Assembly (NCBI RefSeq): GCF_001677475.2 | Contig: NZ_CP015229.1 | Strand: one strand, 5' to 3' | DNA length: 64,000 bases | From: Escherichia coli | Lineage (GTDB): Bacteria > Pseudomonadota > Gammaproteobacteria > Enterobacterales > Enterobacteriaceae | Shown here: one piece after another, positions 1 through 18,808 of the stretch | Position numbering within the stretch: the first letter of the stretch is position 1 | Layout: each line of letters starts with the position of its first letter | Translations under genes and position numbers: made by a program | The notes under the pieces: generated by a model | Database searches by the model: none | Told to the model about the DNA's origin: nothing | What the model saw: only the letters and a program-made list of their open reading frames with translations

Positions 1-314
1 TTTTGAACATGTTCGGGCTCTCAGAGACTCTTAAGCGTGTTTGGTAAAAATTCCCGCCATCATAACATTGCCAACGGCGAGGGGAAGTGGGTAAGGCATG
101 TAAATTCATCATGTTGACGAAATAATCGCCCCTGGTAAAAGAAACGCTGATGCGAGGCCGGTGTTTCAATCTTTAAATCAGTAAACTTCATACGCTTGAC
201 GGAAAAACCAGGACGAAACCTAAATATTTGTTGTTAAGCTGCAATGGAAACGGTAAAAGCGGCTAGTATTTAAAGGGATGGATGACATCTCAGCGTTGTC
301 GGAGGAGATATTTC

Positions 315-632
315 ATGATGATACGTGAGCGGATAGAAGAAAAATTAAGGGCGGCGTTCCAACCCGTATTCCTCGAAGTAGTGGATGAAAGCTATCGTCA
401 CAATGTCCCAGCCGGCTCTGAAAGCCATTTTAAAGTTGTGCTGGTCAGCGATCGTTTTACGGGTGAACGTTTTCTGAATCGTCATCGAATGATTTACAGT
501 ACTTTAGCGGAGGAACTCTCTACTACCGTTCATGCGCTGGCTCTGCATACTTACACTATTAAGGAGTGGGAAGGGTTGCAGGACACCGTCTTTGCCTCTC
601 CTCCCTGTCGTGGAGCAGGAAGCATCGCGTAA
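315..632 (+). CDS. bolA: BolA stress-induced morphogene / transcriptional regulator (105 aa)
   Basis: ORF 282..632; from Met12 ([15 protein letters not shown]...) the translation matches E. coli BolA full length; start set to ATG at 315. Confidence 0.95.
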
Positions 633-687
633 AAACGCATTTGCAACTGTCGGCGCTTTTCCAGTATGTTGCTAAAGATTTTATGAA

Positions 688-716
688 AAACGGCCTGCGG
701 GCCGTTTTGTTTTGTC
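688..716 (+). terminator. putative rho-independent terminator downstream of bolA
   Basis: GC hairpin acggcc-tgcg-ggccgt followed by TTTTGTTTTG. Confidence 0.6.
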
Positions 717-966
717 TGGATTTTGCGCTTTTTGCCCAGCATTCAGACGAAAATTGCCCGGGAATTGTGAAAAAATACGCGACAGCGCGCAATAACCGTT
801 CTCGACTCATAAAAGTGATGCCGCTATAATGCCGCGTCCTATTTGAATGCTTTCGGGATGATTCTGGTAACAGGGAATGTGATTGATTATAAGAACATCC
901 CGGTTCCGCGAAGCCAACAACCTGTGCTTGCGGGGTAAGAGTTGACCGAGCACTGTGATTTTTTGA

Positions 967-2274
<1,308 letters not shown>

Positions 2275-2307
2275 TTTACGCAGCATAACGCGCTAAATTC
2301 GCACAAA

Positions 2308-2340
2308 GGCCCGTCACCGCCAGGTGGTGGGCTTTTTTTT
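2308..2340 (+). terminator. rho-independent terminator after tig
   Basis: GC-rich imperfect hairpin followed by run of 8 T. Confidence 0.7.
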
Positions 2341-2411
2341 GTCATGAATTTTGCATGGAACCGTGCGAAAAGCCTCTTTCGGTGTTAGCGTAACAACAAA
2401 AGATTGTTATG

Positions 2412-2440
2412 CTTGAAATATGGTGATGCCGTACCCATAA
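2412..2440 (+). promoter_or_regulatory. sigma32 (heat-shock) promoter of clpP-clpX
   Basis: CTTGAAA at 2412-2418, 15-nt spacer, CCCATAA at 2434-2440, about 80 nt upstream of clpP start. Confidence 0.7.
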
Positions 2441-2519
2441 CACAGGGACTAGCTGATAATCCGTCCATAAGGTTACAATCGGTACAGCAGGTTTTTTCAA
2501 TTTTATCCAGGAGACGGAA

Positions 2520-3143
2520 ATGTCATACAGCGGCGAACGAGATAACTTTGCACCCCATATGGCGCTGGTGCCGATGGTCATTGAACAGACCTCACGAGGT
2601 GAGCGCTCTTTTGATATCTATTCTCGTCTACTTAAGGAACGCGTCATTTTTCTGACTGGCCAGGTTGAAGACCACATGGCTAACCTGATTGTGGCGCAGA
2701 TGCTGTTCCTGGAAGCAGAAAACCCAGAAAAAGATATCTATCTGTACATTAACTCCCCTGGCGGGGTGATTACTGCCGGGATGTCTATCTATGACACCAT
2801 GCAGTTTATCAAGCCTGATGTCAGCACCATCTGTATGGGCCAGGCGGCCTCGATGGGCGCTTTCTTGCTGACTGCAGGGGCAAAAGGTAAACGTTTTTGC
2901 CTGCCGAATTCGCGCGTGATGATTCACCAACCGTTGGGCGGCTACCAGGGCCAGGCGACCGATATCGAAATTCATGCCCGTGAAATTCTGAAAGTTAAAG
3001 GGCGCATGAATGAACTTATGGCGCTTCATACGGGTCAATCATTAGAACAGATTGAACGTGATACCGAGCGCGATCGCTTCCTTTCTGCCCCTGAAGCGGT
3101 GGAATACGGTCTGGTCGATTCGATTCTGACCCATCGTAATTGA
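2520..3143 (+). CDS. clpP: ATP-dependent Clp protease proteolytic subunit (207 aa)
   Basis: [41 protein letters not shown]... with catalytic-site region GQAASMGAF; matches E. coli ClpP. Confidence 0.98.
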   Translation: MSYSGERDNFAPHMALVPMVIEQTSRGERSFDIYSRLLKERVIFLTGQVEDHMANLIVAQMLFLEAENPEKDIYLYINSPGGVITAGMSIYDTMQFIKPDVSTICMGQAASMGAFLLTAGAKGKRFCLPNSRVMIHQPLGGYQGQATDIEIHAREILKVKGRMNELMALHTGQSLEQIERDTERDRFLSAPEAVEYGLVDSILTHRN

Positions 3144-3268
3144 TGCCAGAGGCGCAACTGTGCCGCTATACTTATCCAGGGCGGCACAACGCTGTAAGCG
3201 GCTTGCGCCTGAGAATGGCATTTGCGTCGTCGTGTGCGGCACAAAGAACAAAGAAGAGGTTTTGACCC

Positions 3269-4543
3269 ATGACAGATAAACGCAAAGATGGCTCAGGCAA
3301 ATTGCTGTATTGCTCTTTTTGCGGCAAAAGCCAGCATGAAGTGCGCAAGCTGATTGCCGGTCCATCCGTGTATATCTGCGACGAATGTGTTGATTTATGT
3401 AACGACATCATTCGCGAAGAGATTAAAGAAGTTGCACCGCATCGTGAACGCAGTGCGCTACCGACGCCGCATGAAATTCGCAACCACCTGGACGATTACG
3501 TTATCGGTCAGGAACAGGCGAAAAAAGTGCTGGCGGTCGCGGTATATAACCATTACAAACGTCTGCGCAACGGCGATACCAGCAATGGCGTCGAGTTGGG
3601 CAAAAGTAACATTCTGCTGATCGGTCCGACCGGTTCCGGTAAAACGCTGCTGGCCGAAACGCTGGCGCGCCTGCTGGACGTCCCGTTCACCATGGCCGAC
3701 GCAACCACGCTGACCGAAGCCGGTTATGTGGGCGAAGACGTTGAAAACATCATTCAGAAGCTGTTGCAAAAGTGCGATTACGACGTACAGAAAGCGCAGC
3801 GCGGGATTGTCTACATCGATGAAATCGACAAGATTTCTCGTAAGTCAGATAACCCGTCTATTACCCGTGACGTTTCCGGTGAAGGCGTACAGCAGGCACT
3901 GTTGAAACTGATCGAAGGTACGGTAGCTGCTGTTCCGCCGCAAGGTGGGCGTAAACATCCGCAGCAGGAATTCTTGCAGGTTGATACCTCTAAGATCCTG
4001 TTTATCTGTGGCGGTGCGTTTGCCGGTCTGGATAAAGTGATTTCCCATCGTGTAGAAACCGGCTCCGGCATTGGTTTTGGCGCGACGGTAAAAGCGAAAT
4101 CCGACAAAGCAAGCGAAGGCGAGCTGCTGGCGCAGGTTGAACCGGAAGATCTGATCAAGTTTGGTCTGATCCCTGAGTTCATTGGTCGTCTACCGGTTGT
4201 CGCAACGTTGAATGAACTGAGCGAAGAAGCTCTGATTCAGATCCTCAAAGAGCCGAAAAACGCCCTGACCAAGCAGTATCAGGCGCTGTTTAATCTGGAA
4301 GGTGTGGATCTGGAATTCCGTGACGAGGCGCTGGATGCTATCGCTAAGAAAGCGATGGCGCGTAAAACCGGTGCCCGTGGCCTGCGTTCCATCGTAGAAG
4401 CCGCACTGCTCGATACCATGTACGATCTGCCGTCCATGGAAGACGTCGAAAAAGTGGTTATCGACGAATCGGTAATTGATGGTCAAAGCAAGCCGTTGCT
4501 GATTTATGGCAAGCCGGAAGCGCAACAGGCATCTGGTGAATAA
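3269..4543 (+). CDS. clpX: ATP-dependent Clp protease ATP-binding subunit ClpX (424 aa)
   Basis: N-terminal zinc-binding CSFCGK...CDEC motif, Walker A GPTGSGKT; matches E. coli ClpX. Confidence 0.98.
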
Positions 4544-4572
4544 TTAACCATTCCCATACAATTAGTTAACCA

Positions 4573-4605
4573 AAAAGGGGGGATTTTATCTCCCCTTTAA
4601 TTTTT
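4573..4605 (+). terminator. rho-independent terminator after clpX
   Basis: hairpin aaagggggg-atttt-atc-tcccctttaa followed by T-run. Confidence 0.75.
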
Positions 4606-4612
4606 CCTCTAT

Positions 4613-4650
4613 TCTCGGCGTTGAATGTGGGGGAAACATCCCCATATACT
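4613..4650 (+). promoter_or_regulatory. sigma32 heat-shock promoter of lon
   Basis: TCTCGGCGTTGAA (-35) and CCCCATATA (-10) with 14-nt spacer; matches recalled lon heat-shock promoter. Confidence 0.8.
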
Positions 4651-4730
4651 GACGTACATGTTAATAGATGGCGTGAAGCACAGTCGTGTCATCTGATTAC
4701 CTGGCGGAAATTAAACTAAGAGAGAGCTCT

Positions 4731-7085
4731 ATGAATCCTGAGCGTTCTGAACGCATTGAAATCCCCGTATTGCCGCTGCGCGATGTGGTGGTTTATCCGC
4801 ACATGGTCATCCCCTTATTTGTCGGGCGGGAAAAATCTATCCGTTGTCTGGAAGCGGCGATGGACCATGATAAAAAAATTATGCTGGTCGCGCAGAAAGA
4901 AGCTTCAACGGATGAGCCGGGTGTAAACGATCTTTTCACCGTCGGGACCGTGGCCTCTATATTGCAGATGCTGAAACTGCCTGACGGCACCGTCAAAGTG
5001 CTGGTCGAGGGGTTACAGCGCGCGCGTATTTCTGCGCTCTCTGACAATGGCGAACACTTTTCTGCGAAGGCGGAGTATCTGGAGTCGCCGACCATTGATG
5101 AGCGGGAACAGGAAGTGCTGGTGCGTACTGCAATCAGCCAGTTCGAAGGCTACATCAAGCTGAACAAAAAAATCCCACCAGAAGTGCTGACGTCGCTGAA
5201 TAGCATCGACGATCCGGCGCGTCTGGCGGATACCATTGCTGCACATATGCCGCTGAAACTGGCTGACAAACAGTCCGTTCTGGAGATGTCCGACGTTAAC
5301 GAACGTCTGGAATATCTGATGGCAATGATGGAATCGGAAATCGATCTGCTGCAGGTTGAGAAACGCATTCGCAACCGTGTTAAAAAGCAGATGGAGAAAT
5401 CCCAGCGTGAGTACTATCTGAACGAGCAAATGAAAGCTATTCAGAAAGAACTCGGTGAAATGGACGACGCACCGGACGAAAACGAAGCCCTGAAGCGCAA
5501 AATCGACGCGGCGAAGATGCCGAAAGAGGCAAAAGAGAAAGCGGAAGCAGAGTTGCAGAAGCTGAAAATGATGTCTCCGATGTCGGCAGAAGCGACCGTA
5601 GTGCGTGGTTATATCGACTGGATGGTACAGGTGCCGTGGAATGCGCGTAGCAAGGTCAAAAAAGACCTGCGTCAGGCGCAGGAAATCCTTGATACCGACC
5701 ATTATGGTCTGGAGCGCGTGAAAGATCGTATCCTTGAGTATCTTGCGGTTCAAAGCCGTGTCAACAAAATCAAGGGACCGATCCTCTGTCTGGTAGGGCC
5801 GCCGGGGGTAGGTAAAACGTCCCTGGGTCAGTCCATTGCCAAAGCCACCGGGCGTAAATATGTCCGTATGGCGCTGGGCGGCGTGCGTGATGAAGCGGAA
5901 ATCCGTGGTCACCGCCGTACTTACATCGGTTCTATGCCGGGTAAACTGATCCAGAAAATGGCGAAAGTGGGCGTGAAAAACCCGCTGTTCCTGCTTGATG
6001 AGATCGACAAAATGTCTTCTGACATGCGTGGCGATCCGGCCTCCGCACTGCTTGAAGTGCTGGATCCAGAGCAGAACGTAGCGTTCAGCGACCACTACCT
6101 GGAAGTGGATTACGATCTCAGCGACGTGATGTTTGTCGCGACGTCGAACTCCATGAACATTCCGGCACCGCTGCTGGATCGTATGGAAGTGATTCGCCTC
6201 TCCGGTTATACCGAAGATGAAAAACTGAACATCGCCAAACGTCACCTGCTGCCGAAGCAGATTGAACGTAATGCACTGAAAAAAGGTGAGCTGACCGTCG
6301 ACGATAGCGCCATTATCGGCATTATTCGTTACTACACCCGTGAGGCGGGCGTGCGTGGTCTGGAGCGTGAAATCTCCAAACTGTGCCGCAAAGCGGTTAA
6401 GCAGTTGCTGCTCGATAAGTCATTAAAACATATCGAAATTAACGGCGATAACCTGCATGACTATCTCGGTGTTCAGCGTTTCGACTATGGACGCGCGGAT
6501 AACGAAAACCGTGTTGGTCAGGTAACTGGTCTGGCGTGGACGGAAGTGGGCGGTGACTTGCTGACCATTGAAACCGCGTGCGTTCCGGGTAAAGGCAAAC
6601 TGACCTATACCGGATCGCTTGGCGAAGTGATGCAGGAGTCCATTCAGGCGGCGTTAACGGTGGTTCGTGCGCGTGCGGAAAAACTGGGGATCAACCCTGA
6701 TTTTTACGAAAAACGCGACATCCACGTCCACGTACCGGAAGGTGCGACGCCGAAAGATGGTCCGAGTGCCGGTATTGCTATGTGCACCGCGCTGGTTTCT
6801 TGCCTGACCGGTAACCCGGTTCGTGCCGATGTGGCAATGACCGGTGAGATCACTCTGCGTGGTCAGGTACTGCCGATCGGTGGTTTGAAAGAAAAACTAC
6901 TGGCAGCGCATCGCGGCGGGATTAAAACAGTGCTAATTCCGTTCGAAAATAAACGCGATCTGGAAGAGATTCCTGACAACGTAATTGCCGATCTGGACAT
7001 TCATCCTGTGAAGCGCATTGAGGAAGTTCTGACTCTGGCGCTGCAAAATGAACCGTCTGGCATGCAGGTTGTGACTGCAAAATAG
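4731..7085 (+). CDS. lon: Lon ATP-dependent protease (784 aa)
   Basis: ORF 4686..7085; from ATG at 4731 ([18 protein letters not shown]...) matches E. coli Lon; Walker A GPPGVGKT, catalytic PKDGPSAG. Confidence 0.98.
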   Translation: MNPERSERIEIPVLPLRDVVVYPHMVIPLFVGREKSIRCLEAAMDHDKKIMLVAQKEASTDEPGVNDLFTVGTVASILQMLKLPDGTVKVLVEGLQRARISALSDNGEHFSAKAEYLESPTIDEREQEVLVRTAISQFEGYIKLNKKIPPEVLTSLNSIDDPARLADTIAAHMPLKLADKQSVLEMSDVNERLEYLMAMMESEIDLLQVEKRIRNRVKKQMEKSQREYYLNEQMKAIQKELGEMDDAPDENEALKRKIDAAKMPKEAKEKAEAELQKLKMMSPMSAEATVVRGYIDWMVQVPWNARSKVKKDLRQAQEILDTDHYGLERVKDRILEYLAVQSRVNKIKGPILCLVGPPGVGKTSLGQSIAKATGRKYVRMALGGVRDEAEIRGHRRTYIGSMPGKLIQKMAKVGVKNPLFLLDEIDKMSSDMRGDPASALLEVLDPEQNVAFSDHYLEVDYDLSDVMFVATSNSMNIPAPLLDRMEVIRLSGYTEDEKLNIAKRHLLPKQIERNALKKGELTVDDSAIIGIIRYYTREAGVRGLEREISKLCRKAVKQLLLDKSLKHIEINGDNLHDYLGVQRFDYGRADNENRVGQVTGLAWTEVGGDLLTIETACVPGKGKLTYTGSLGEVMQESIQAALTVVRARAEKLGINPDFYEKRDIHVHVPEGATPKDGPSAGIAMCTALVSCLTGNPVRADVAMTGEITLRGQVLPIGGLKEKLLAAHRGGIKTVLIPFENKRDLEEIPDNVIADLDIHPVKRIEEVLTLALQNEPSGMQVVTAK

Positions 7086-7116
7086 TGACCTCGCGCAAAA
7101 TGCACTAATAAAAACA

Positions 7117-7155
7117 GGGCTGGCAGGCTAATTCGGGCTTGCCAGCCTTTTTTTG
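7117..7155 (+). terminator. rho-independent terminator after lon
   Basis: hairpin gggctggcaggc...gcttgccagcc followed by TTTTTTT. Confidence 0.8.
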
Positions 7156-7293
7156 TCTCGCTAAGTTAGATGGCGGATCGGGCTTGCCCTTATTAAGGGG
7201 TGTTGTAAGGGGATGGCTGGCCTGATATAACTGCTGCGCGTTCGTACCTTGAAGGATTCAAGTGCGATATAAATTATAAAGAGGAAGAGAAGA

Positions 7294-7566
7294 GTGAATA
7301 AATCTCAATTGATCGACAAGATTGCTGCAGGGGCTGATATCTCTAAAGCTGCGGCTGGCCGTGCGTTAGATGCTATTATTGCTTCCGTAACTGAATCTCT
7401 GAAAGAAGGGGATGATGTAGCACTGGTAGGTTTTGGTACTTTTGCCGTTAAAGAGCGTGCTGCCCGTACTGGCCGCAACCCGCAGACCGGTAAAGAGATC
7501 ACCATCGCTGCCGCTAAAGTACCGAGCTTCCGTGCAGGTAAAGCACTGAAAGACGCGGTAAACTAA
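7294..7566 (+). CDS. hupB: DNA-binding protein HU-beta (90 aa)
   Basis: [29 protein letters not shown]... matches E. coli HupB. Confidence 0.98.
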
Positions 7567-7757
7567 GCGTTGTCCCCAGTGGGGATGTGACGAAGTTCAA
7601 GGGCGCATCTACTGATGTGCCTTTTTTATTTGTATTCGGTGACTTTCTGCGTCTTGTGGGCTGACAATTGCCCCCGTTTCTTGTCACAATAGGCCTTTGC
7701 GCGCATCGATACGTTGCGTGAGGTACACAGTCATCTACAGCGGAGTGTTGTTACACC

Positions 7758-10203
<2,446 letters not shown>

Positions 10204-10244
10204 TGACCTCTGTACTTATAACAACAACGTAAGGTTCTCGCGCT

Positions 10245-10643
10245 ATGCAAACACAAATCAAAGTTCGTGGATATCATCTCGATGTTTACCAGCACGTTAA
10301 TAACGCCCGCTATCTGGAGTTTCTCGAAGAAGCCCGCTGGGATGGGTTGGAAAATAGCGACAGTTTTCAGTGGATGACGGCCCATAACATCGCCTTCGTC
10401 GTGGTCAATATCAATATTAACTATCGTCGCCCGGCGGTATTAAGCGACCTGTTAACCATTACCAGTCAGTTGCAGCAATTAAACGGTAAAAGCGGCATCT
10501 TAAGCCAGGTCATTACACTGGAGCCGGAAGGGCAGGTGGTAGCGGATGCGCTTATTACGTTTGTTTGTATTGATCTTAAAACGCAGAAAGCATTAGCTCT
10601 GGAAGGGGAATTGCGCGAAAAGCTCGAGCAGATGGTTAAGTAA
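10245..10643 (+). CDS. fadM: long-chain acyl-CoA thioesterase III (132 aa)
   Basis: MQTQIKVRGYHLDVYQHVNNARYLEF... hotdog-fold thioesterase; matches E. coli FadM (YbaW). Confidence 0.97.
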   Translation: MQTQIKVRGYHLDVYQHVNNARYLEFLEEARWDGLENSDSFQWMTAHNIAFVVVNININYRRPAVLSDLLTITSQLQQLNGKSGILSQVITLEPEGQVVADALITFVCIDLKTQKALALEGELREKLEQMVK

Positions 10644-10655
10644 ACGTTTTGTGGT

Positions 10656-10680
10656 GCCGGATGCTCAAGCCGCATCCGGC
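10656..10680. terminator. bidirectional hairpin between convergent fadM and queC
   Basis: inverted repeat gccggatgc / gcatccggc (REP-like). Confidence 0.55.
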
Positions 10681-10694
10681 GACACCCGGAATAA

Positions 10695-11390
10695 TTACCT
10701 CAACCCGGTTTTCTGCTTCATCGCTGCCATCACCGTCGGTTTATCGGCCAGATAATGATTCAAACCGTTGGCGCGTAAATTACACGCCGCACAATGACCG
10801 CAACCGTCGCCTTTAATGCCGTTATAGCAGGTCAACGTTTCGTTACGGACTAAATCTAGTTTGCCGTAATAATCTGCCAGCGCCCAGGTTTCCGCTTTAT
10901 CAATCCACATCAGCGGCGTTTCAAAACGAATATCTTTCGCCATGCCCAAACTGACGGCATGATTTAGTGCTTTCACAAACTCATCGCGGCAATCCGGATA
11001 ACCGGAGAAATCCGTTTCGCAGACGCCGGTAATTACGGCTTCTGCTTTTACCTGATACGCATATATTGCCGCCAGTGTCAGGAACAAAATATTACGCCCA
11101 GGGACAAACGTATTCGGGATGCCATCAGCTTCAGGTTCATAATCAGGCACCGGAATGCTGTCACGCGTCAGGCTGCTGACCGCCAGCTCGTTGAGCAGCG
11201 TTACATCAAGAACCTTATGCGCGCGTGCTCCCAGTTTCAGCGCCAGTTCGCGTGCCACGTCGATTTCTGCGCGATGTCGCTGACCGTAATCGAACGTCAC
11301 GCAATGGACTTCATCATATTGTTGTAATGCCTGCACCAGACAGGTGGTGGAATCCTGGCCTCCACTGAACACAACGACAGCACGTTTCAT
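10695..11390 (-). CDS. queC: 7-cyano-7-deazaguanine synthase (231 aa)
   Basis: [18 protein letters not shown]... PP-loop ATPase, C-terminal Cys cluster CGHCAAC; matches E. coli QueC (YbaX). Confidence 0.97.
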
Positions 11391-11454
11391 AGATAATCCT
11401 GCTTGAACAATAAAAGCGTTATGGTAACGCCTGCGATTAACCCGGACCAGCTAT

Positions 11455-13155
11455 TCATTGCGACGGCGCGGGAAGCCAGGCTTCGGTAAATTCAAACCAG
11501 CCTCGCGGTGTCAGTCGCACACCGTTCACGCCGGGAGGGGCGCTAATGCGATAGTGATAGTTGAATAGCGGCGTCAGCGTCGCGTCTGCCATTAACTGGC
11601 TAAAAACCGCTTTCAGGGCATTAAATCGGTTTTCCTCATCAGGCATTACTTGCACCGCGTCCAGTGTCGATTGCAAATGTGCATATGCTGGAGCGTCGAA
11701 AACATGTGGCCACAGTGGATCGCAACGCAGCCATTGCTCCAGGGTATATTCCGGTGCTTCGCCAATTAATCTGTCGCCCATCATGAGGTCTGCGTGTGCC
11801 AGTAGGGTCGTGTCGTCCCAGTTTTTTGCGTTATGAAAAATAATTGTAAGTTCACAGCCTTCCGCTGCCAGTGTCGCCTGTAGGCGTTCTGCCATGGTAT
11901 GAAGTTCTATCGGTAGGTGATAAACCAGCGTCAAGGTTTTCGGTAGTTTGACTTCATCCGGTACTTGCCATTGTGGAATAGTCCAGTCTGGCAGTAATGC
12001 ATGACTGGCGGTGATCAGGTTTTCTCCGACTTCTAACGTTTGTAATAAACCGGATTGATGAATAATGGAGATCACTTTTCGCGCCTGCCAGAGGGACAGT
12101 CGGGGACTTTTGCGCAACGTTAAATAGCAAAAACCTAAACTGATGCCACTACTGACCTGGCTGACCCGTTGCAGCTCCTCCGGTTTGCCGATGGTGATTT
12201 GCACGGGATGCCGACAACTGGTTCCCAAATCTTTTTCGAAAAGCGGCGGAGTTATCCAGTACTCAACCGCTTTAAGCAGCGGATGACGTAAATGGTAATA
12301 ATCATGGCTTTCCAGGCGCACCAGCTCCGCTGTGAATTGTGTTAAGCGAAAAGGACCCGTGCCGATCAGTGGGAATTGCGGATGCGCCAGATGGCTGCAA
12401 TAGCTCGCCAGCCGGTGCGCAAGCCAGTAATCAGGGCGATGTAAAAAGAAGGTCAGACACTGCGGATGGGTGACTTCAATACGCTTCACGCTAATAAATA
12501 ATTGATCCAGTGCTGGCAGTTGTAACAGCATCAATAATCGCTGGTGTAAGTGTGAGGCTTTTACTGCATCGCCGTTATGCCAGTGTAGGGTTGAACGAAG
12601 ATAAAAGTCCCAGCGTAACCCGTCAGTAGAGGTTTCCCAGTGATGCGCTAAATCGCCAATCGGGCGCTGGGTATTATTATCGAAGCGGGTCAGGCCGGAA
12701 AATATCTGTCCGGCGAGATGCTGCTCGGCACGGCCGGGCAAAAAGCCCGGTTGTAGCGGTTCGAGCGGGCGATAGTAGGGAATACGCAACGTGGGTGTAT
12801 CGTTTTGCCATTGTCCGCCCATAAACGGCTGTAACAGAGTGCGCAGCTCACCTGGGGCCAGTTGCGCCAGCTCCAGCACATCTTGCTGCTTTCCGGTTTC
12901 CAGTGCCTTTTCCATCATCGCATTGCGTAGCGATTCTGGCGTGACCAGAAAGCGTAATTGTCCGCGCTTTCCGCGTCCTGACTGCGCCTGCCACTCCAGC
13001 CATCCCGCCTCCTGTGCCTGACGCAACAGCGTACGAACATGGCGTTCGCTGCAAAAACAGCGTTCGGCCAGTTCGCTGACGGTGACGGTTTGCGGCTTTC
13101 CGGCGGAAGGTTGCCACAGACGTTGATACTGGTTAAGACGGTTGAGCAGTCGCAT
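11455..13155 (-). CDS. ybaE: SgrR-family protein: N-terminal winged-helix plus solute-binding-protein-like domain (566 aa)
   Basis: ORF 11455..13170; matches E. coli YbaE; start placed at MRLLNRL (13155) to give 566 aa, alternative start 13170. Confidence 0.9.
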   Translation of the reverse strand: MRLLNRLNQYQRLWQPSAGKPQTVTVSELAERCFCSERHVRTLLRQAQEAGWLEWQAQSGRGKRGQLRFLVTPESLRNAMMEKALETGKQQDVLELAQLAPGELRTLLQPFMGGQWQNDTPTLRIPYYRPLEPLQPGFLPGRAEQHLAGQIFSGLTRFDNNTQRPIGDLAHHWETSTDGLRWDFYLRSTLHWHNGDAVKASHLHQRLLMLLQLPALDQLFISVKRIEVTHPQCLTFFLHRPDYWLAHRLASYCSHLAHPQFPLIGTGPFRLTQFTAELVRLESHDYYHLRHPLLKAVEYWITPPLFEKDLGTSCRHPVQITIGKPEELQRVSQVSSGISLGFCYLTLRKSPRLSLWQARKVISIIHQSGLLQTLEVGENLITASHALLPDWTIPQWQVPDEVKLPKTLTLVYHLPIELHTMAERLQATLAAEGCELTIIFHNAKNWDDTTLLAHADLMMGDRLIGEAPEYTLEQWLRCDPLWPHVFDAPAYAHLQSTLDAVQVMPDEENRFNALKAVFSQLMADATLTPLFNYHYRISAPPGVNGVRLTPRGWFEFTEAWLPAPSQ

Positions 13156-13254
13156 ATAAACCCGGAACAATATTATTTAACTATTCACTATTACTTCCGT
13201 ATATATCAGGTGATACTCAATCACCATTAACCGTGTCACAGAGTGGAGAAAGAA

Positions 13255-14073
13255 ATGGCTCGTCTGGCAGCATTTGATATGGATGGCACTTTATTGATGC
13301 CTGACCATCATTTAGGTGAGAAAACCCTCTCTACTTTGGCGCGGCTGCGTGAACGCGACATTACCCTCACTTTTGCCACGGGGCGTCATGCGCTGGAGAT
13401 GCAGCATATTCTCGGGGCGCTATCGCTGGATGCATATTTGATTACCGGCAACGGAACGCGCGTGCATTCTCTGGAAGGTGAACTTTTACATCGTGATGAT
13501 TTACCTGCGGATGTCGCGGAGCTGGTGCTGTATCAGCAATGGGATACCCGAGCCAGCATGCATATCTTCAATGACGATGGTTGGTTTACCGGGAAAGAGA
13601 ACCCTGCGTTGTTGCAGGCATTTGTCTATAGCGGTTTTCGTTATCAGATAATCGATGTCAAAAAAATGCCACTCGATCGCGTCACCAAGATCTGCTTCTG
13701 TGGCGATCACGACGATCTTACACGCTTGCAGATCCAGCTACACGAAGCATTAGGCGAGCGTGCACATTTATGTTTTTCCGCCACGGATTGCCTCGAAGTG
13801 CTGCCGGTGGGCTGCAATAAAGGCGCTGCATTGACGGTGCTGACCCAACATTTAGGTTTATCGTTGCGCGATTGCATGGCCTTTGGTGATGCGATGAACG
13901 ATCGCGAAATGTTAGGCAGCGTCGGTAGCGGATTTATTATGGGCAATGCGATGCCGCAATTGCGCGCGGAGCTCCCGCATTTACCGGTGATTGGACATTG
14001 CCGAAATCAGGCTGTCTCTCACTATTTGACGCACTGGCTGGACTATCCACATCTACCTTATTCCCCCGAATAA
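13255..14073 (+). CDS. cof: HMP-PP phosphatase, HAD superfamily Cof-type (272 aa)
   Basis: ORF 13243..14073; from ATG 13255 [14 protein letters not shown] (HAD motif I DxDGT); matches E. coli Cof. Confidence 0.95.
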
Positions 14074-14090
14074 CGAGATCCCTTCCAGCA

Positions 14091-14114
14091 CCGGGCAATT
14101 GCCCGGTTTTTTTT
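14091..14114 (+). terminator. rho-independent terminator after cof
   Basis: perfect palindrome ccgggcaattgcccgg followed by TTTTTTTT. Confidence 0.85.
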
Positions 14115-14225
14115 GCGTTGAATTTGTCATTTTGTGCCGTGGTGTTTAAACCGCACAGAATAAATTGTCGCGATTTCACCTTTAAAATAGAATTAAAAGA
14201 GAAAAAAATTCTCCGTGGAAGGGCT

Positions 14226-14684
14226 ATGTTAGATAAAATTGACCGTAAGCTGCTGGCCTTACTACAGCAGGATTGCACCCTCTCTTTGCAGGCACTGGCT
14301 GAAGCCGTTAATCTGACAACTACCCCCTGCTGGAAGCGTCTGAAACGGCTGGAGGACGACGGTATTCTTATCGGCAAAGTCGCCCTGCTGGATCCGGAAA
14401 AAATAGGCCTCGGCCTGACCGCCTTTGTGCTGATAAAAACGCAACATCACAGCAGCGAATGGTATTGCCGCTTTGTCACGGTGGTTACCGAAATGCCAGA
14501 AGTGCTGGGGTTCTGGCGCATGGCCGGTGAATACGATTATCTGATGCGCGTCCAGGTTGCCGACATGAAACGCTACGACGAGTTTTATAAGCGTCTGGTA
14601 AACAGCGTGCCGGGGCTGTCGGACGTCACTTCCAGCTTCGCGATGGAACAGATTAAATACACCACTTCTTTACCCATCGAATAA
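14226..14684 (+). CDS. decR: Lrp/AsnC-family transcriptional regulator DecR (152 aa)
   Basis: ORF 13998..14684 is 5'-extended across the cof terminator; true start ATG 14226 ([16 protein letters not shown]...) matches E. coli YbaO/DecR. Confidence 0.93.
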
Positions 14685-14713
14685 ATATCCAGAATCAGGT
14701 CAGGACACAACGC

Positions 14714-18260
<3,547 letters not shown>

Positions 18261-18372
18261 ATAGCGCAATATTTCATCGTTGGTGCAAAAATGTAACGCA
18301 CTGTGCACTGTCATAGTGCGTTTTCATTTTCAATCTTCTTAACTTCCTGCTCTCTTTCTCGTTTTTCATTTC

Positions 18373-18388
18373 TGGCACACCGCTTGCA
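18373..18388 (+). promoter_or_regulatory. sigma54 (-24/-12) promoter of glnK-amtB
   Basis: TGGCAC-N5-TTGCA exact consensus at 18373-18388, about 50 nt upstream of glnK. Confidence 0.8.
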
Positions 18389-18440
18389 ATACCTTCTTCG
18401 TGTAGCAGAACCATTACCGAATTCTGACCGGAGGGGATCT

Positions 18441-18779
18441 ATGAAGCTGGTGACCGTGATAATCAAACCATTCAAGCTGGAAGACGTTCGTGAAGCGTTA
18501 TCTTCCATTGGTATTCAGGGCCTGACCGTCACCGAAGTGAAAGGTTTCGGGCGTCAGAAAGGACATGCCGAGCTGTACCGGGGGGCGGAATACAGCGTCA
18601 ATTTCCTGCCAAAAGTAAAAATTGATGTGGCGATTGCTGATGACCAACTCGATGAAGTGATCGATATCGTCAGTAAGGCGGCTTACACCGGAAAAATTGG
18701 CGACGGCAAAATCTTCGTCGCTGAATTGCAACGCGTCATTCGTATTCGTACCGGCGAAGCCGACGAAGCGGCGCTGTAA
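18441..18779 (+). CDS. glnK: nitrogen regulatory protein PII-2 (112 aa)
   Basis: ORF 18303..18779; start ATG 18441 with RBS GGAGGGG; MKLVTVIIKPFKLEDVREAL... matches E. coli GlnK. Confidence 0.97.
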   Translation: MKLVTVIIKPFKLEDVREALSSIGIQGLTVTEVKGFGRQKGHAELYRGAEYSVNFLPKVKIDVAIADDQLDEVIDIVSKAAYTGKIGDGKIFVAELQRVIRIRTGEADEAAL

Positions 18780-18808
18780 TCTCTGGCACACAGCAACAGG
18801 AACGAAAA

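Noticed and set aside
1-10. 5' end of yajG on the minus strand (revcomp ATGTTCAAAA = M-F-K)
   Set aside because: Only 10 nt are inside the window; consistent with K-12 gene order but too short to annotate.
13998-14225. 5' extension of the decR ORF (228-aa version)
   Set aside because: The extension runs through the cof terminator hairpin and T-run (14091-14114) and has no RBS; the conserved protein starts at ATG 14226.
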